Shown here piece by piece: positions 20,515-31,228 of a stretch of 64,000 nucleotides of DNA. Numbering within the stretch: position 1 is the first letter of the stretch; every line of letters begins with the position of its first letter. Origin of the DNA: Nitrospina sp. LS_NOB (GTDB lineage Bacteria; Nitrospinota; Nitrospinia; Nitrospinales; VA-1); contig LFLA01000014.1 in NCBI GenBank assembly GCA_001542995.1, forward strand, positions 96,556 through 160,555, written 5' to 3'. A program made the translations under genes and the position numbers. The notes beneath the pieces are model-generated. The model made no database searches. It had not been told where the DNA came from and saw only the letters and a list, made by a program, of their open reading frames with translations.

Positions 20515-21613
20515 AGATGCGATGTCTTTTATAAATAGTTCCCCCTATCCGGTACATCGGTTCGAGAATGCCTTTGTTATCCTCCAGCAACCAGGATATC
20601 TCACACCATTTAATCTTTTTTTCCAGAGACAACCTGTAGATTTCGTAATAAAGCCAAGCATCAATTCCCAGCCTGCGGTATTTTTTCTTCACACCCAGCG
20701 TCAGCACCCGAAAAACATCAATTTTATTTTTCTTCCATAAGAACCAAGCCCAGCCAAAGGGAAACAGGCTTCCATCCATTCCCTTAAGCACTTGATTGAC
20801 ATCGGGAAGGGCCAGGGAAAAACCCGCCGGTTCGCCCTTTACTTCGGCAATCAAGCAAAATTCAGGATGTATGAAGGATTTCATTTCCCTTGCAGAAAAT
20901 TCAAATTCTTTTTGAGTCATAGGAACGAATCCCCAATTCAGACCCCACGCCGAGTTGTAGATATCCCAAAGAATGGAAATTTCTTTATCAAATCGGCTGA
21001 GATCCAAACATCTGACGGTGAAGCGATTCCTTTGTTTCAACTTTTTCGCGGCGCGCTCCAGATAATCCGGAACCTTAACAAAGTCCAGCCGTAACGCTAA
21101 AAGATCTTTGGCCTTTTGCAAACCCCACGCCTCAAAATGTTTCCCATAATATTCTGGGTTATAGGGGATGCCAAACATGGTGGGAGAGTCAAACCCCTCT
21201 ATCAGCAAGCCGCACTCATGGTTCGTCGACAAGTTCATCGGCCCCATAAGACGGGCATGTCCTCTTTCCTGACACCATTGATAAGCCTTGTCCAGTAAAA
21301 GCCGGGAGAGACTCGGGTCATCCCCCGACTCAAACATGCCAAACATGCCGACAGACTCTGAGTGAAGATCCTGATAGTTCCGATCATGAACCAGAGCGAT
21401 CCTCCCTACCGGTGACCGGTTGTCATCCACCGCCAGAAAAAGATCGGCTTCCGCATGTTCAAAAAACGGGTTGATGTCGGGATTCAGGAATGTTTTACGT
21501 TCCCGGATAAGAGGAGGAGTCCAGCATGGCTGGTCTTTATAAATTTTCCAGGGAAGGCGGACGAACCGATCCAAGTCCTGTCGGGTTTCAACCTTTACGA
21601 GTTTAAAACCCAT
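20492..21613 (-). CDS. GNAT-fold acyltransferase, bacterial ceramide synthase (bCerS)-like
   Basis: NPFFEHA, GRIA, FGMFE, GPMN, GLLIEGF, YNPEYY, NWGFVP, ALPDVN and SWLLEDN; adjacent to spt. Confidence 0.75.
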   Translation of the reverse strand: MGFKLVKVETRQDLDRFVRLPWKIYKDQPCWTPPLIRERKTFLNPDINPFFEHAEADLFLAVDDNRSPVGRIALVHDRNYQDLHSESVGMFGMFESGDDPSLSRLLLDKAYQWCQERGHARLMGPMNLSTNHECGLLIEGFDSPTMFGIPYNPEYYGKHFEAWGLQKAKDLLALRLDFVKVPDYLERAAKKLKQRNRFTVRCLDLSRFDKEISILWDIYNSAWGLNWGFVPMTQKEFEFSAREMKSFIHPEFCLIAEVKGEPAGFSLALPDVNQVLKGMDGSLFPFGWAWFLWKKNKIDVFRVLTLGVKKKYRRLGIDAWLYYEIYRLSLEKKIKWCEISWLLEDNKGILEPMYRIGGTIYKRHRIYERLITS

Positions 21614-21615
21614 TA

Positions 21616-22947
21616 TTACCTGGGGATGATGCCGAGCTTTGTCCCCAGTTTCCTGAATGAACCAAGGACTTTGTCAAGATCCGTTTGGTCATGGGCAGAG
21701 GTATAGCTGGTCCGGATCATGGCATTGAGGGGTGGCACGACCGGCGACACCGCGACTCCGGCAAAAACACCGTCATCAAAAAGGAGCCTGTTCAAATAAA
21801 GTGTGAGGGCCTCTTCTCCTATTTTTATGGGGACTATAGGAATAGAATTGTTATTCACCTGAAAACCCATATCAAAAAAACCTCTTTTTATATAAGCGGT
21901 ATTTTTCTGCAACTTTTCGATGCGTTCCGGCTCATTGATCATGATATCCAGACCCACAATGACCCCAGCAACCGATGCAGGCGGCAGGGCCGCAGTAAAA
22001 ATAAACGCCGAGGCTTTATGGCGAATGAACTCGGTGATCTTGGACTTTGCGGAAATAAATCCACCGATGGACCCCAGGCTTTTGGAAAACGTTCCCATAT
22101 AAATATCTATTTCGTCTTCCAGATTGTAGTAGTTGGCGACACCCCTGCCACTTTCACCCATGACACCCAGGCCGTGAGCTTCATCAACCATGACGTTGGC
22201 CCCGTAGTCTTTTGCGAGTTTCACAATAGCTGGAAGGTTGGCAATATCACCGCTCATACTGAATATACTGTCGGTAATAATTATCTTGCCTTCAACATCC
22301 GAATATTTTTTTAAATAATATTCCAGATGATCCATATCATTATGCTGATAGCGGACTGTCTTTCCCGGTGCCACCCCACACCCTTCATAGATACTGGCAT
22401 GGTTTTCCCGATCCGAAAAAGCTACATCCTTTCTCCCCAGGAGACAAGCAATAGTTCCCTGATTTGCCTGGAATCCCGTGGACATGACAATGGTATCTTC
22501 TCGGCTCAAGAAAGAGGAAAGCTTCTTTTCCAGGGTCTTATGCAGATTGAAAGTACCATTGAGAAAACGGCTACCAGTACAACCGATGCCAAATTTTTCC
22601 AATGCCTCCCGAGCCGCTGAAATCACGCGAGGTTCCTGGGCCAGCCCGAGATAATTATTGGTAGAAACGGAAATGACTTGCTTCCCGTCAATGACAACAT
22701 GGCATCCATCAATTTCCTGGATTTCCCTGAAATACGGATAAATCCCCAGCTCCTTGGCCTGCTCCGGGGCAAAGTAGCCAAAGCATTTTGCCAGAATCCC
22801 TTTTTCTTTACTGTTGGGAGGGCGCAGGTGGGAATTTTTAAAATCAAACTTCTTTTTCAATAAAGAGGTGATTTTACTCTTCTTTAAATGAGCAGGTTCT
22901 TCGTCGTCACTTTCAAGTTCATTGAGCAGGGTAAAAGGTTTTGTCAT
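21616..22947 (-). CDS. spt: Serine palmitoyltransferase (PLP-dependent alpha-oxoamine synthase)
   Basis: GIYPYFREI, NNYLGL, GCTGSRFLNGT, NHAS, DEAH and GTFSKS. Confidence 0.8.
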   Translation of the reverse strand: MTKPFTLLNELESDDEEPAHLKKSKITSLLKKKFDFKNSHLRPPNSKEKGILAKCFGYFAPEQAKELGIYPYFREIQEIDGCHVVIDGKQVISVSTNNYLGLAQEPRVISAAREALEKFGIGCTGSRFLNGTFNLHKTLEKKLSSFLSREDTIVMSTGFQANQGTIACLLGRKDVAFSDRENHASIYEGCGVAPGKTVRYQHNDMDHLEYYLKKYSDVEGKIIITDSIFSMSGDIANLPAIVKLAKDYGANVMVDEAHGLGVMGESGRGVANYYNLEDEIDIYMGTFSKSLGSIGGFISAKSKITEFIRHKASAFIFTAALPPASVAGVIVGLDIMINEPERIEKLQKNTAYIKRGFFDMGFQVNNNSIPIVPIKIGEEALTLYLNRLLFDDGVFAGVAVSPVVPPLNAMIRTSYTSAHDQTDLDKVLGSFRKLGTKLGIIPR

Positions 22948-22997
22948 AAGTTTCTCACCCGAAATTTATAAAAAAATTCAAACCATGATCTATAGTT

Positions 22998-24053
22998 TCA
23001 GCAGGCGGCATGCTTCCACAACTGATTCAGTGCAGGAAGTAATCCCGAGCAAACGGTTTGACCATATAAGGAGTTCTCTCCCTGATCCCGAATCAGTCGG
23101 CGATGCGCCTCTCCTAATGCGTGATAAGGCAGGTCGGGAAACAGGTGATGCGTCGCATGAAAGCGAAGACCCACCGGCGCCCATAAAGGAGTCATCCATC
23201 TATTCCCGGGGATATTGACCGAGTCCAGCATTTGGCTTGGGTAGCTCATCGCATTTTCCTTGGGGTTTTGATAGCGGTGAGCCCCCAGGGTTCTAATGGA
23301 ATTAACCATAAAAATCAATGCTCCAACACAGTACCACAGGAACAGGGATATCGCGGGAATAATTTTCAGGAGGACGGCCCCCAGAAATGCCCAGGCAAAA
23401 AGGCATGCCAAAAACTCCTGAATTTTCCAATCTTCAATATTCTTCCAGGAAGACTCCGGTCTTTGATAATCTAGATCAATGATCAGCGCCGACATCCTGG
23501 CCATCATGAATGATCTCAACTTTTTATTGACCAGAGATAATGGAGTTAATACTGAAAAGCGCGCTAAAAATATAATCGGAACCAGAAAAGAAAAAAGAAC
23601 ATGAATGACAATCCACTTCCTCCCCTTTAAAGCGAAGGGGAAATATTCCCCATCTTTTTCGGTTCCATAAAAATTCTGTTTATGGTGATCTAGATGAACG
23701 AACTGATAAAGAAAAACGGGAACCATAAGAGGGAAACCACAAAGTATATTCCAGACCCAACGGAACACCTTGAAGGCGCCCTTTTTGAAATGGACAATTT
23801 CATGGATGAATAAAACTGCCCGATACAAAGCCATGCAGGAGAGAGTCACAAAAAGGATTTGCCGGGAAGAAAGAACCGGAGACATGAGGGCAAGAACAAA
23901 AGCACCCCACCCGAGAATGGCGCTAAATAAAAAATCCAACCAGTAAATAATGGGATTAGGCCGAAAGAGATCTTTCACCAGTTCTCTTGCCCTGCCCATC
24001 GGAAAACTTTCTCGCTCCTTCTGTAAATTTTCATGGGCCTGTTGAGTCAACAC
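22998..24053 (-). CDS. Membrane-bound fatty acid/sphingolipid desaturase
   Basis: His boxes HEIVH, HLDHH and FHATHH with TM segments. Confidence 0.88.
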   Translation of the reverse strand: MLTQQAHENLQKERESFPMGRARELVKDLFRPNPIIYWLDFLFSAILGWGAFVLALMSPVLSSRQILFVTLSCMALYRAVLFIHEIVHFKKGAFKVFRWVWNILCGFPLMVPVFLYQFVHLDHHKQNFYGTEKDGEYFPFALKGRKWIVIHVLFSFLVPIIFLARFSVLTPLSLVNKKLRSFMMARMSALIIDLDYQRPESSWKNIEDWKIQEFLACLFAWAFLGAVLLKIIPAISLFLWYCVGALIFMVNSIRTLGAHRYQNPKENAMSYPSQMLDSVNIPGNRWMTPLWAPVGLRFHATHHLFPDLPYHALGEAHRRLIRDQGENSLYGQTVCSGLLPALNQLWKHAAC

Positions 24054-24080
24054 AGTGATCCTGTTCGTAATGACGGGTTG

Positions 24081-24419
24081 CTAATTTTTTTCCGCGCAGG
24101 ATACGCACAGAACATTTTCCGGCATGAGCATAATGCGGCCTTCTGGAATCGGGTTGGCGCAACGGGCGCAGATTCCAAAATCCGGCAAGTCCACCTTGCT
24201 CAAGGCTTTTTCAAGCTTAAGCAGTTTAGCCTTTGACGAGTTCAACGAAGCCTCGCTTATACCCTGACTGCCGAGCGCCTCCATTCGAGTGAGACGGCCT
24301 ATAGCGTTGTCCGGAGCAACTGGCTTGGAGGTTATGGTGAAAGTTTCTATCAGGTGCTTTTGCACCTCGATCTCTTCAACGATTTTCTTTTTAAGTTCCG
24401 CTCTACCTTCATCATCCAT
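24081..24419 (-). CDS. TraR/DksA C4-type zinc finger protein
   Basis: FGICARC...IPEGR...LCVSC and DNAIGRLTRM. Confidence 0.85.
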   Translation of the reverse strand: MDDEGRAELKKKIVEEIEVQKHLIETFTITSKPVAPDNAIGRLTRMEALGSQGISEASLNSSKAKLLKLEKALSKVDLPDFGICARCANPIPEGRIMLMPENVLCVSCAEKN

Positions 24420-24452
24420 ACACGATCCTACCATTAATGCGTAAAATTCGGG

Positions 24453-25241
24453 CTATTTTGAGGCAGGAACAAATCCGGACATCGCGCATCTCTGAGCCAA
24501 CAGTGGAGTGAAACGGTCAGTATCCTGGGAGAGTTCTTCCATAAACTCATTGGCCAGATTCTGGTCTTCAAAGCATTCGTAAATATCATCCAGAAATCCG
24601 CCGCGCAAAAGCGGATGCTCAAGGAAATCACGCCCCGAGCGGGTAAAAATTTCCAGCGGCCATTCGGTCACCTCGACCTGCTCCAGACCCAGTTCCTCCA
24701 GCCATTGTTTTGCCTGGTTGGCGGAAGGACGTTCCTCTATATACTCGGCCAAGGCCTTTCGTTCCTTGACCAGGTTTCTCTGTTTCATCTCCTCGTCCAC
24801 GAGGTTCCATAAAGAGTCAAACGTTCCCAGCGAGGGAAACGTCAGCACAATTTGCCCACCCGGTTTTAAGAATCGGACCAGATTGCTGAGCGCCTCAAAA
24901 CGATTCGGGCGAAAAAACATGAAAGAGAGGTTGCCGGTGATGCGGTTAAAACTGGGAAGTGTCGGGGGCAAAAAACGCATGTCCCCCACCTCAAACTGCA
25001 ACCAAGGCAAATGCTGGCCCTGAATTGACCGGGAACGAAGCACCTGAGACTGGTGGATGTCAATAGCCAGAACGCTTCCTTGAGGTCCTACCTGTTCCGC
25101 CAAATGAAACGCCGGGATCCCTCCCCCGGCGGCGATGTCCAGCACCGAGTCGCCCGGTTGCAGCTGTAGTTTATGCATCAACAGTTTTGCAAAAGGGGTG
25201 GACCAAGGGTCGTTTTCAGGCAAAGGCCAGGATGGGGTCAT
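24453..25241 (-). CDS. Class I SAM-dependent methyltransferase
   Basis: VLDIAAGGG, GDM and LKPGG. Confidence 0.85.
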   Translation of the reverse strand: MTPSWPLPENDPWSTPFAKLLMHKLQLQPGDSVLDIAAGGGIPAFHLAEQVGPQGSVLAIDIHQSQVLRSRSIQGQHLPWLQFEVGDMRFLPPTLPSFNRITGNLSFMFFRPNRFEALSNLVRFLKPGGQIVLTFPSLGTFDSLWNLVDEEMKQRNLVKERKALAEYIEERPSANQAKQWLEELGLEQVEVTEWPLEIFTRSGRDFLEHPLLRGGFLDDIYECFEDQNLANEFMEELSQDTDRFTPLLAQRCAMSGFVPASK

Positions 25242-25321
25242 AACTTTCCTTTAACTTTTTATTAATTGACCAATACGGTTATTATAAAGAGACCATCATT
25301 CTACCGGATATTAAATCTAAC

Positions 25322-26113
25322 ATGGATATTTTCACGGATGACAGACTCCCCGACTCATACGCCCTCTGCCTTCTTGGCCACGGGAGTCGGGATCCCGAAG
25401 GCAATGAGGAATTCATGGTCCTGTGGCAAAAATTACGCGAAAGAAACTTTTGTCAGATCACCGAAGCCGGATTTCTGGAGTTTGCCAAGCCTACTGTCGC
25501 CGAAGCTTTATCCACATGCCAGAGTAACGGCATTAAAAATATTATTATATTGCCGAGTATTTTATTCTCCGGCGAACACACGCAAAGGGATATCCCGGAT
25601 ACAATCCGCGAAGTATTCCGAGACCACCCTGAAATCAATCTAATTTTTTCAGAGCCACTGGGCACACAACCTGAGATTATGGAAGTCTGCCAGGCACGCA
25701 TCAAGGAAGGCGAAAAACTTTCCCAAAAATCCATTCTCCGGTCAGAAACATTGCTCATGATCGTGGGCCATGGAAGCCGCGACACAGATTTTAACTCTCA
25801 AGTCGACAAAAACCTGTTCCAGTTGGGGAAAAAACTGGGCTTCGGCAAAACCATTATCTGCTTTGCAGGAACCTCTCAACATTCTCTGGAAGACATGCAA
25901 GAAAAATTTGACCCGCAAGGATTTCACCGTGTCATTCTATTGCCCTTTTTTTTGTTCACTGGCGTCTGGGTCAAACGCGTACATGGCCTTGCCGACACTT
26001 TTCAGAAAAAATACCCGGATATCGAATTTCTCAAAGCCCCCTGCCTCAAGCATCATGATATAATTGTAAATACATTGATTCAACGTGCAAGGAAAAGTGT
26101 TTTTAACAAGTAA
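25322..26113 (+). CDS. cbiX: Sirohydrochlorin chelatase (CbiX/SirB family)
   Basis: Two GHGSRD repeats, GFLEFAKP and GEHTQRDIP. Confidence 0.82.
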   Translation: MDIFTDDRLPDSYALCLLGHGSRDPEGNEEFMVLWQKLRERNFCQITEAGFLEFAKPTVAEALSTCQSNGIKNIIILPSILFSGEHTQRDIPDTIREVFRDHPEINLIFSEPLGTQPEIMEVCQARIKEGEKLSQKSILRSETLLMIVGHGSRDTDFNSQVDKNLFQLGKKLGFGKTIICFAGTSQHSLEDMQEKFDPQGFHRVILLPFFLFTGVWVKRVHGLADTFQKKYPDIEFLKAPCLKHHDIIVNTLIQRARKSVFNK

Positions 26114-26130
26114 GTCTGAATTGAAAGGTA

Positions 26131-26754
26131 ATGTTTTTTATGATCAAAGAAATCCTACCTAATTTATATAACTGGAGCGAATACTCCGAAGAAAAAAAAC
26201 TGGACTTTAATGGTTACCTGATAATTGGAAAGGACGAGTCCGTTATTATAGATCCTCCTGATTTAGGAAAGGATGATAAGGAAGAATTAGACAACCTTAT
26301 AAATAGTCATTCATCCTGCCCGTTAAGGGGAATATTGTTGACCAATGTTCACCATGAAAGAGCCAGCAGTTTATTAAAAAATCGATTTTCTGTCCCGGTT
26401 TGGGTGAATGCGCTGGACAAGGAAGCGTTGGAAGTGCCCACCGATAAAACCTTTAAGGGAGGAGACAATTTGTTTTGCGGTATCCAGGCGATTCAATTGG
26501 GCCATCAAAAGTCACCGGGTGAAACGGCTTTTTATATGACGGACCAAAATATCATGCTAGTGGGAGATGCTTTGATCGGCAAAGTTCCTGGTCAGGTAAA
26601 TATGTTACCCTCAGACAAATACCAAGACCCTGTAAAAGCCAAGGCTGGTTTGAATCGACTGATGGATTTTGAATTTGAAACATTATTAGTTGGAGATGGG
26701 GTGTCAATATTAAAGGCTGCTAAAGAAGCTGTGAAGACTTTTCTTGCTAACTGA
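26131..26754 (+). CDS. MBL-fold hydrolase-like protein
   Basis: IIDPP, LLTNVHHER, SPGE, VGDALIG and LLVGDG. Confidence 0.75.
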   Translation: MFFMIKEILPNLYNWSEYSEEKKLDFNGYLIIGKDESVIIDPPDLGKDDKEELDNLINSHSSCPLRGILLTNVHHERASSLLKNRFSVPVWVNALDKEALEVPTDKTFKGGDNLFCGIQAIQLGHQKSPGETAFYMTDQNIMLVGDALIGKVPGQVNMLPSDKYQDPVKAKAGLNRLMDFEFETLLVGDGVSILKAAKEAVKTFLAN

Positions 26755-26830
26755 CTTATAAAGCCAATATCAGTTTAGTTTTTTTTGGGCTAACAGGAAA
26801 TGCGGGTCGTCAGGTTTAGGAAGAAACATT

Positions 26831-27596
26831 ATGATCTGGGTTTTGTCGCAAAATCATATCTTGGAAAATTGCATGGGCGGGTTAGCCGTTTTATTCTTCC
26901 TTGCCGTTTCGCCCCCGGCTCAATCGCAAACCTCAATATTCCCAGACATGGTACGGATCGAAGCAGACTGTTTCATCATGGGAAGCGAGGAGTTCATCGT
27001 CGAGGAACCGGAGCACAAGGTTTGCCTCAATGCCTATTACCTTGAAGTTCACGAAGTCACCCAGAAAAAATTTGAGAGCGTCCTGGGCTACAACCCGTCC
27101 CATTTCAAAGGGCCGGACCTGCCGGTGGAAAACATTTCATGGCCTGAAGCCGACAATTATTGCCGAACCTTCGCGGGTCGGCTCCCGACCGAAGCAGAGT
27201 GGGAATATGCTGCGCGGGCAGGCTCTACTGCCGCTTTTTCCTGGGGATGGGACATGGACGACGCCTCCGCCTGGCATCGGGGCAATTCGCAAAACGGCAC
27301 ACACCCGATAGGACAAAAAAAGGCTAATCCCTTAGGCTTTCACGATATGAACGGCAATGTCTGGGAATGGGTCGGCGACTGGTACCGCGAAGATTATTAT
27401 GAGGTGAGCGCCCTGTCGGAACCGGCGGACAATCCACTGGGATCCACCACCGGACAGTTTGTCATCCTTCGCGGCGGTTCGTTTGAGGATGAAGCTTATT
27501 TTCTAAGATCGGCCTCACTGGTATCCACCCACTCTGAAACACCACAACCTGGGGTTTAGATGCGCCCTCAATCCGCCACAGGAGAATCCACAATGA
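26831..27596 (+). pseudogene. Formylglycine-generating enzyme (SUMF1/FGE-sulfatase) family protein with C-terminal frameshift
   Basis: RLPTEAEWEYAAR, DMNGNVWEW and RGGSF. The conserved NLGFRC tail is in another frame after about 27515, ending TGA at 27596. Confidence 0.8.
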
Positions 27597-27968
27597 GAAA
27601 GATTGTTCCTCACCAGCATTCTTTTATCCCTTCTTCTCAGCCCACAGGAAGGCTGGGCGGAAACGGTGGAGGTAGAAATCATCAAATCGGTGTTCATTCC
27701 CACAGTCATTAAAGTCAAGAAAGGCGATACGATTCGGTGGGTCAATACGGAAGAGCTTTTGCACACAGTAACGAGCGGAAAGGCACCCCAGTCTGACGGC
27801 AAATTCAACGCCGCCTACGTTAAAAAAGAGTTTGAGGTCACCCTCGATAATGCAGGGTTCTTCGATTATTACTGCGAACTGCACCCGGCCATCATGCGTG
27901 GGGTGGTTATCGTCGACCAGGCATCGCCCGGTGGAAATGAGAAACCCACTAGCGGTGGCAGCAGATAA
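27593..27968 (+). CDS. Cupredoxin (plastocyanin/azurin family), probable +1 frameshift just after ATG 27593
   Basis: HTVT...YYCELHPAIMRG type-1 copper ligands. The RBS ggag precedes ATG 27593, which is one base out of frame with the signal peptide. Confidence 0.8.
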
Positions 27969-27981
27969 CACCGTTGCACAT

Positions 27982-29595
27982 TCAGGTATTGCTCACACCT
28001 CCATAAGAAATTCCCGACAGGTTCGCCATATTCTGGTCCCAAGTTGTCAAGTCATTGAGTTGGAATTCATTGACATGTCTGTGACCACAAGCTCTTGCCA
28101 TTACGTTTATCAACTCAACGGATGCCTGAAAAAAGTTTTTGAGACGGTTGGCAGATTCTTCAACGATCAACCTTTGCCTCAGGTGATCTTTCTGAGTAGC
28201 AATGCCAACGGGACAATTGTTGGTGTGGCAGGCTCGCATTCCTATACAACCGATGGCCTGTATGGCCGAGTTGGAAAGGGCAATCGCATCCGCCCCTAAA
28301 GCAAGAGCCTTGGCAAAGTCGGCGGGGATTCTTAATCCGCCCGTGATGATTAACGTCACATCTTTTTTCCACAGATTGTCTAGGTGGCGCCTTGCTCTGG
28401 CTAGAGCCGGAATGGTGGGAACAGAAATGTTGTCGCGAAAAAGAAGCGGTGCCGCTCCCGTTCCACCACCACGTCCATCAAGGATAATGTAATCGACGCC
28501 AACTTCTATAGCAGCATCAATATCCTTTTCAATATGCTGTGCCGAGAGCTTATATCCAATAGGAATACCTCCGGTTGCCTCTCGAACTTGGGCCGCAAAC
28601 TCCTTGATCGGTTTGATATCTGTCCAATCAGGAAAACGCGGTGGAGAAATTGCGGCCTCCCCTTCTTTTAATCCTCGCACCTCAGCGATTTTCCCCGTAA
28701 CTTTATGTCCAGGCAAGTGACCACCAGTGCCGGTCTTAGCGCCCTGCCCCCCTTTAAAATGAAACGCCTGACATTGTTTAACTTTATCCATCGAATACCC
28801 GAATCGGCCGGAGGCAAGTTCGTAGAAATATCTGCTGTTGGCACCCTGCTCTTCAGGAAGCATTCCGCCCTCCCCGCTACAGATACCGGTCCCTGCCATT
28901 TCCGCACCCATCGCCAATGCGATTTTGGCTTCTTCAGAGAGCGCTCCGAAACTCATATCAGAAACAAATAAAGGAATGTCCAACTTAAGGGGTTTACGCG
29001 CTCTGGGACCTATAACAACTTCTGTGCCGACCGGCTCATCATCCAACAAAGGCATGGTCGCTAATTGCGCCGTGACAAATTGGATATCTTCCCATTTTGG
29101 AAGCTCCTGCCGAGGCACACCCATCGCCGCAACGCGACCATGGTGCCCCAGTTTGGATAAACCATCTTTGGCCAGTTTCTGAATAAAACCCGTATGCGGT
29201 TCTGCATCTGTCCCGTGAATGTCCGCATAGAGCCCCAGGTATTCGTCTCGATTGTAAGGCTGTGGATTTTCTTTCTCCCATTCGAATATTTCTGTTTCAT
29301 CCACCAGAACATGGCCATCCTCGACCCAGGCAGAGAATTTTTGCAATCTTTCGTCATTGTCATATTCGCTGATGCCGGTTTCATATTTAAAATCCCATTG
29401 ATGAACGCCGCAAATGAGATTTTGGCCTTGGATATGTCCATCCGCCAGTAGCGCACCGCGGTGAAGACATCGTCCGTATAAAACAGAAACCTCGTTATCA
29501 TAACGAACAACGACCAAGTCCACGTTCGCCACCAAAGCATAGGAAGGTTCACGATCTTTCAAGCCACTCCAGTCAGCAATCACTACCTTTTTCAT
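27982..29595 (-). CDS. Rieske [2Fe-2S] domain fused to FMN-binding glutamate synthase-like domain
   Basis: CLHRG...CGVH Rieske ligands; MSFGALS, GQGAK, DGRGGGTG and CIGMRACHTNNCP. Confidence 0.88.
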   Translation of the reverse strand: MKKVVIADWSGLKDREPSYALVANVDLVVVRYDNEVSVLYGRCLHRGALLADGHIQGQNLICGVHQWDFKYETGISEYDNDERLQKFSAWVEDGHVLVDETEIFEWEKENPQPYNRDEYLGLYADIHGTDAEPHTGFIQKLAKDGLSKLGHHGRVAAMGVPRQELPKWEDIQFVTAQLATMPLLDDEPVGTEVVIGPRARKPLKLDIPLFVSDMSFGALSEEAKIALAMGAEMAGTGICSGEGGMLPEEQGANSRYFYELASGRFGYSMDKVKQCQAFHFKGGQGAKTGTGGHLPGHKVTGKIAEVRGLKEGEAAISPPRFPDWTDIKPIKEFAAQVREATGGIPIGYKLSAQHIEKDIDAAIEVGVDYIILDGRGGGTGAAPLLFRDNISVPTIPALARARRHLDNLWKKDVTLIITGGLRIPADFAKALALGADAIALSNSAIQAIGCIGMRACHTNNCPVGIATQKDHLRQRLIVEESANRLKNFFQASVELINVMARACGHRHVNEFQLNDLTTWDQNMANLSGISYGGVSNT

Positions 29596-29794
29596 TTAGT
29601 TTTCCTCATATTTGAGTTACTCCGGAAAGTAAGCTGTCATCATTTCTGTCTATATTCCAAATTAGGTAAGTTTTGAACATATCAATTCTCAAAGTTTGTC
29701 GAAAAAGCGAAAAGATTCTTACATTGATTTCATCAATAAAAATTGCGATTATTGGCCTAATTTAAATCATCCGCGCTAAAACTGAGGAACGATT

Positions 29795-30359
29795 ATGAGT
29801 GAGGAACTGATAGCAAACCTTGGGCCCTTGGCCCCACTGGCAAGGCACCCGGGAAGGCAATAAGGGAGACGATATTGCCCCCGACGAAAACCCCAGGGAA
29901 ATAGAGAACAATAAATATCGCGAGCGATTAGTGCTGGAGCCTTTCGATCCGGTCGATAACCACGCGCAGACTCTTTACGGATTGAGGTATTCGACCACAG
30001 CATGGCGGTTGGACAAAGACAAACCCTTTCATGAAGAATTGGGGTACTGGCTTTGGGATCCCGCAGAAAAACAGGTGCTTCGATGTTTCATCGTACCCCG
30101 TGGCGTGACGGTGATCGCAGGCGGCACGGTGGAACCGGATGCACGGGAATTCAAATTAGCCGCCGATGCGGGATCGGAAACTTACGGCATCTGCTCCAAC
30201 CAGTTCCTCGATCGGGAATTCAAAACAATTCGCTATGATCTGAAGGTTACCATCCACGATGAAAACAGCTTCAGTTATGAAGAAGACACTCAACTCCAGA
30301 TCAAAGGCCAGAGCGAACCGTTTCACCACACCGACAAAAACACCCTGAAACGGGTCTGA
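29795..30359 (+). pseudogene. Nitrobindin/FABP-like heme-binding beta-barrel, frameshift near 29843
   Basis: ATG 29795 with RBS gives MSEELIANLGPLAPLA. The family continuation GTxEGNKG...FHEELGYWLW...HTDKNTL lies in the +1 frame. Confidence 0.75.
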
Positions 30360-30483
30360 ATATCAACAGATATGGCCTTAGTTTATTGGAATATATCGGC
30401 AGAAGGGAATATATTAATTATAGGAATTGTTTCCTTAATATAGAGGAGCCTATTTCTTCTAAAACCCGATACCAAAAAGAGCC

Positions 30484-30963
30484 ATGCTGATTTCGCCAAT
30501 AGACCGTAATAAAGAACCGGATCCGGAGAAACATATAGGCCGGATCAATTCTCCTTACTGGACCCTGCCCAGCTATGGCAGATTGGGTGCTCCTCAAAAC
30601 TTCAATCCATCCCATTCCGGTGAAGGCATCATATTAAGGGTGAGGGATACCCGCCTGAATGAGCGGCGCAAACATCTTTCCCCACATGAATCACCGGAAC
30701 AGGAACGGCGCCAAAGAAATAACCGTACGCACAATGCCCACCCTTCCAACCATCACGTTCTGGTTATCGCTCTCGAACGCAAAGCCGGAGAGCCCGACCC
30801 CTGGAAAGCCGGAGACCGCGTGTCCGTCGTTTCCAAATCCCAAACCACGGCTCCGAATCCTCAAAGTAATGCACAACCCGACACCCCAAAACCTCCTTTA
30901 CTGACCAAAGATGAGGGAGACTATGTTTTACACCTCAGCAAAGATCATCCCCCTGAAGTTTAG
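30484..30963 (+). CDS. Hypothetical protein
   Basis: 159-aa ORF, low complexity, no motif recognised. Confidence 0.45.
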   Translation: MLISPIDRNKEPDPEKHIGRINSPYWTLPSYGRLGAPQNFNPSHSGEGIILRVRDTRLNERRKHLSPHESPEQERRQRNNRTHNAHPSNHHVLVIALERKAGEPDPWKAGDRVSVVSKSQTTAPNPQSNAQPDTPKPPLLTKDEGDYVLHLSKDHPPEV

Positions 30964-31228
30964 CGTTTCTGTTTTATTGAAAACCAAGAACAGCGGCCAT
31001 TCCCCTCCTCTGCATCCTGCGCACAAGGCATGTTCCATAAAAAATTGAAATTTCCCTGGCCAAGATTCGCGCCTGAAAAACAATTGGCTCGGTCAAAAAT
31101 TTCTTTGATCCTTCACTTATTTGTAATGTTTTGGTACCTTCATACGACTGTATGTGAACTGATATTCATCAAGTGGCTTTGTCTAACCATTAGCTGGCTT
31201 CAGAAAAAAATTAGCCGAGGAAAAGGAT

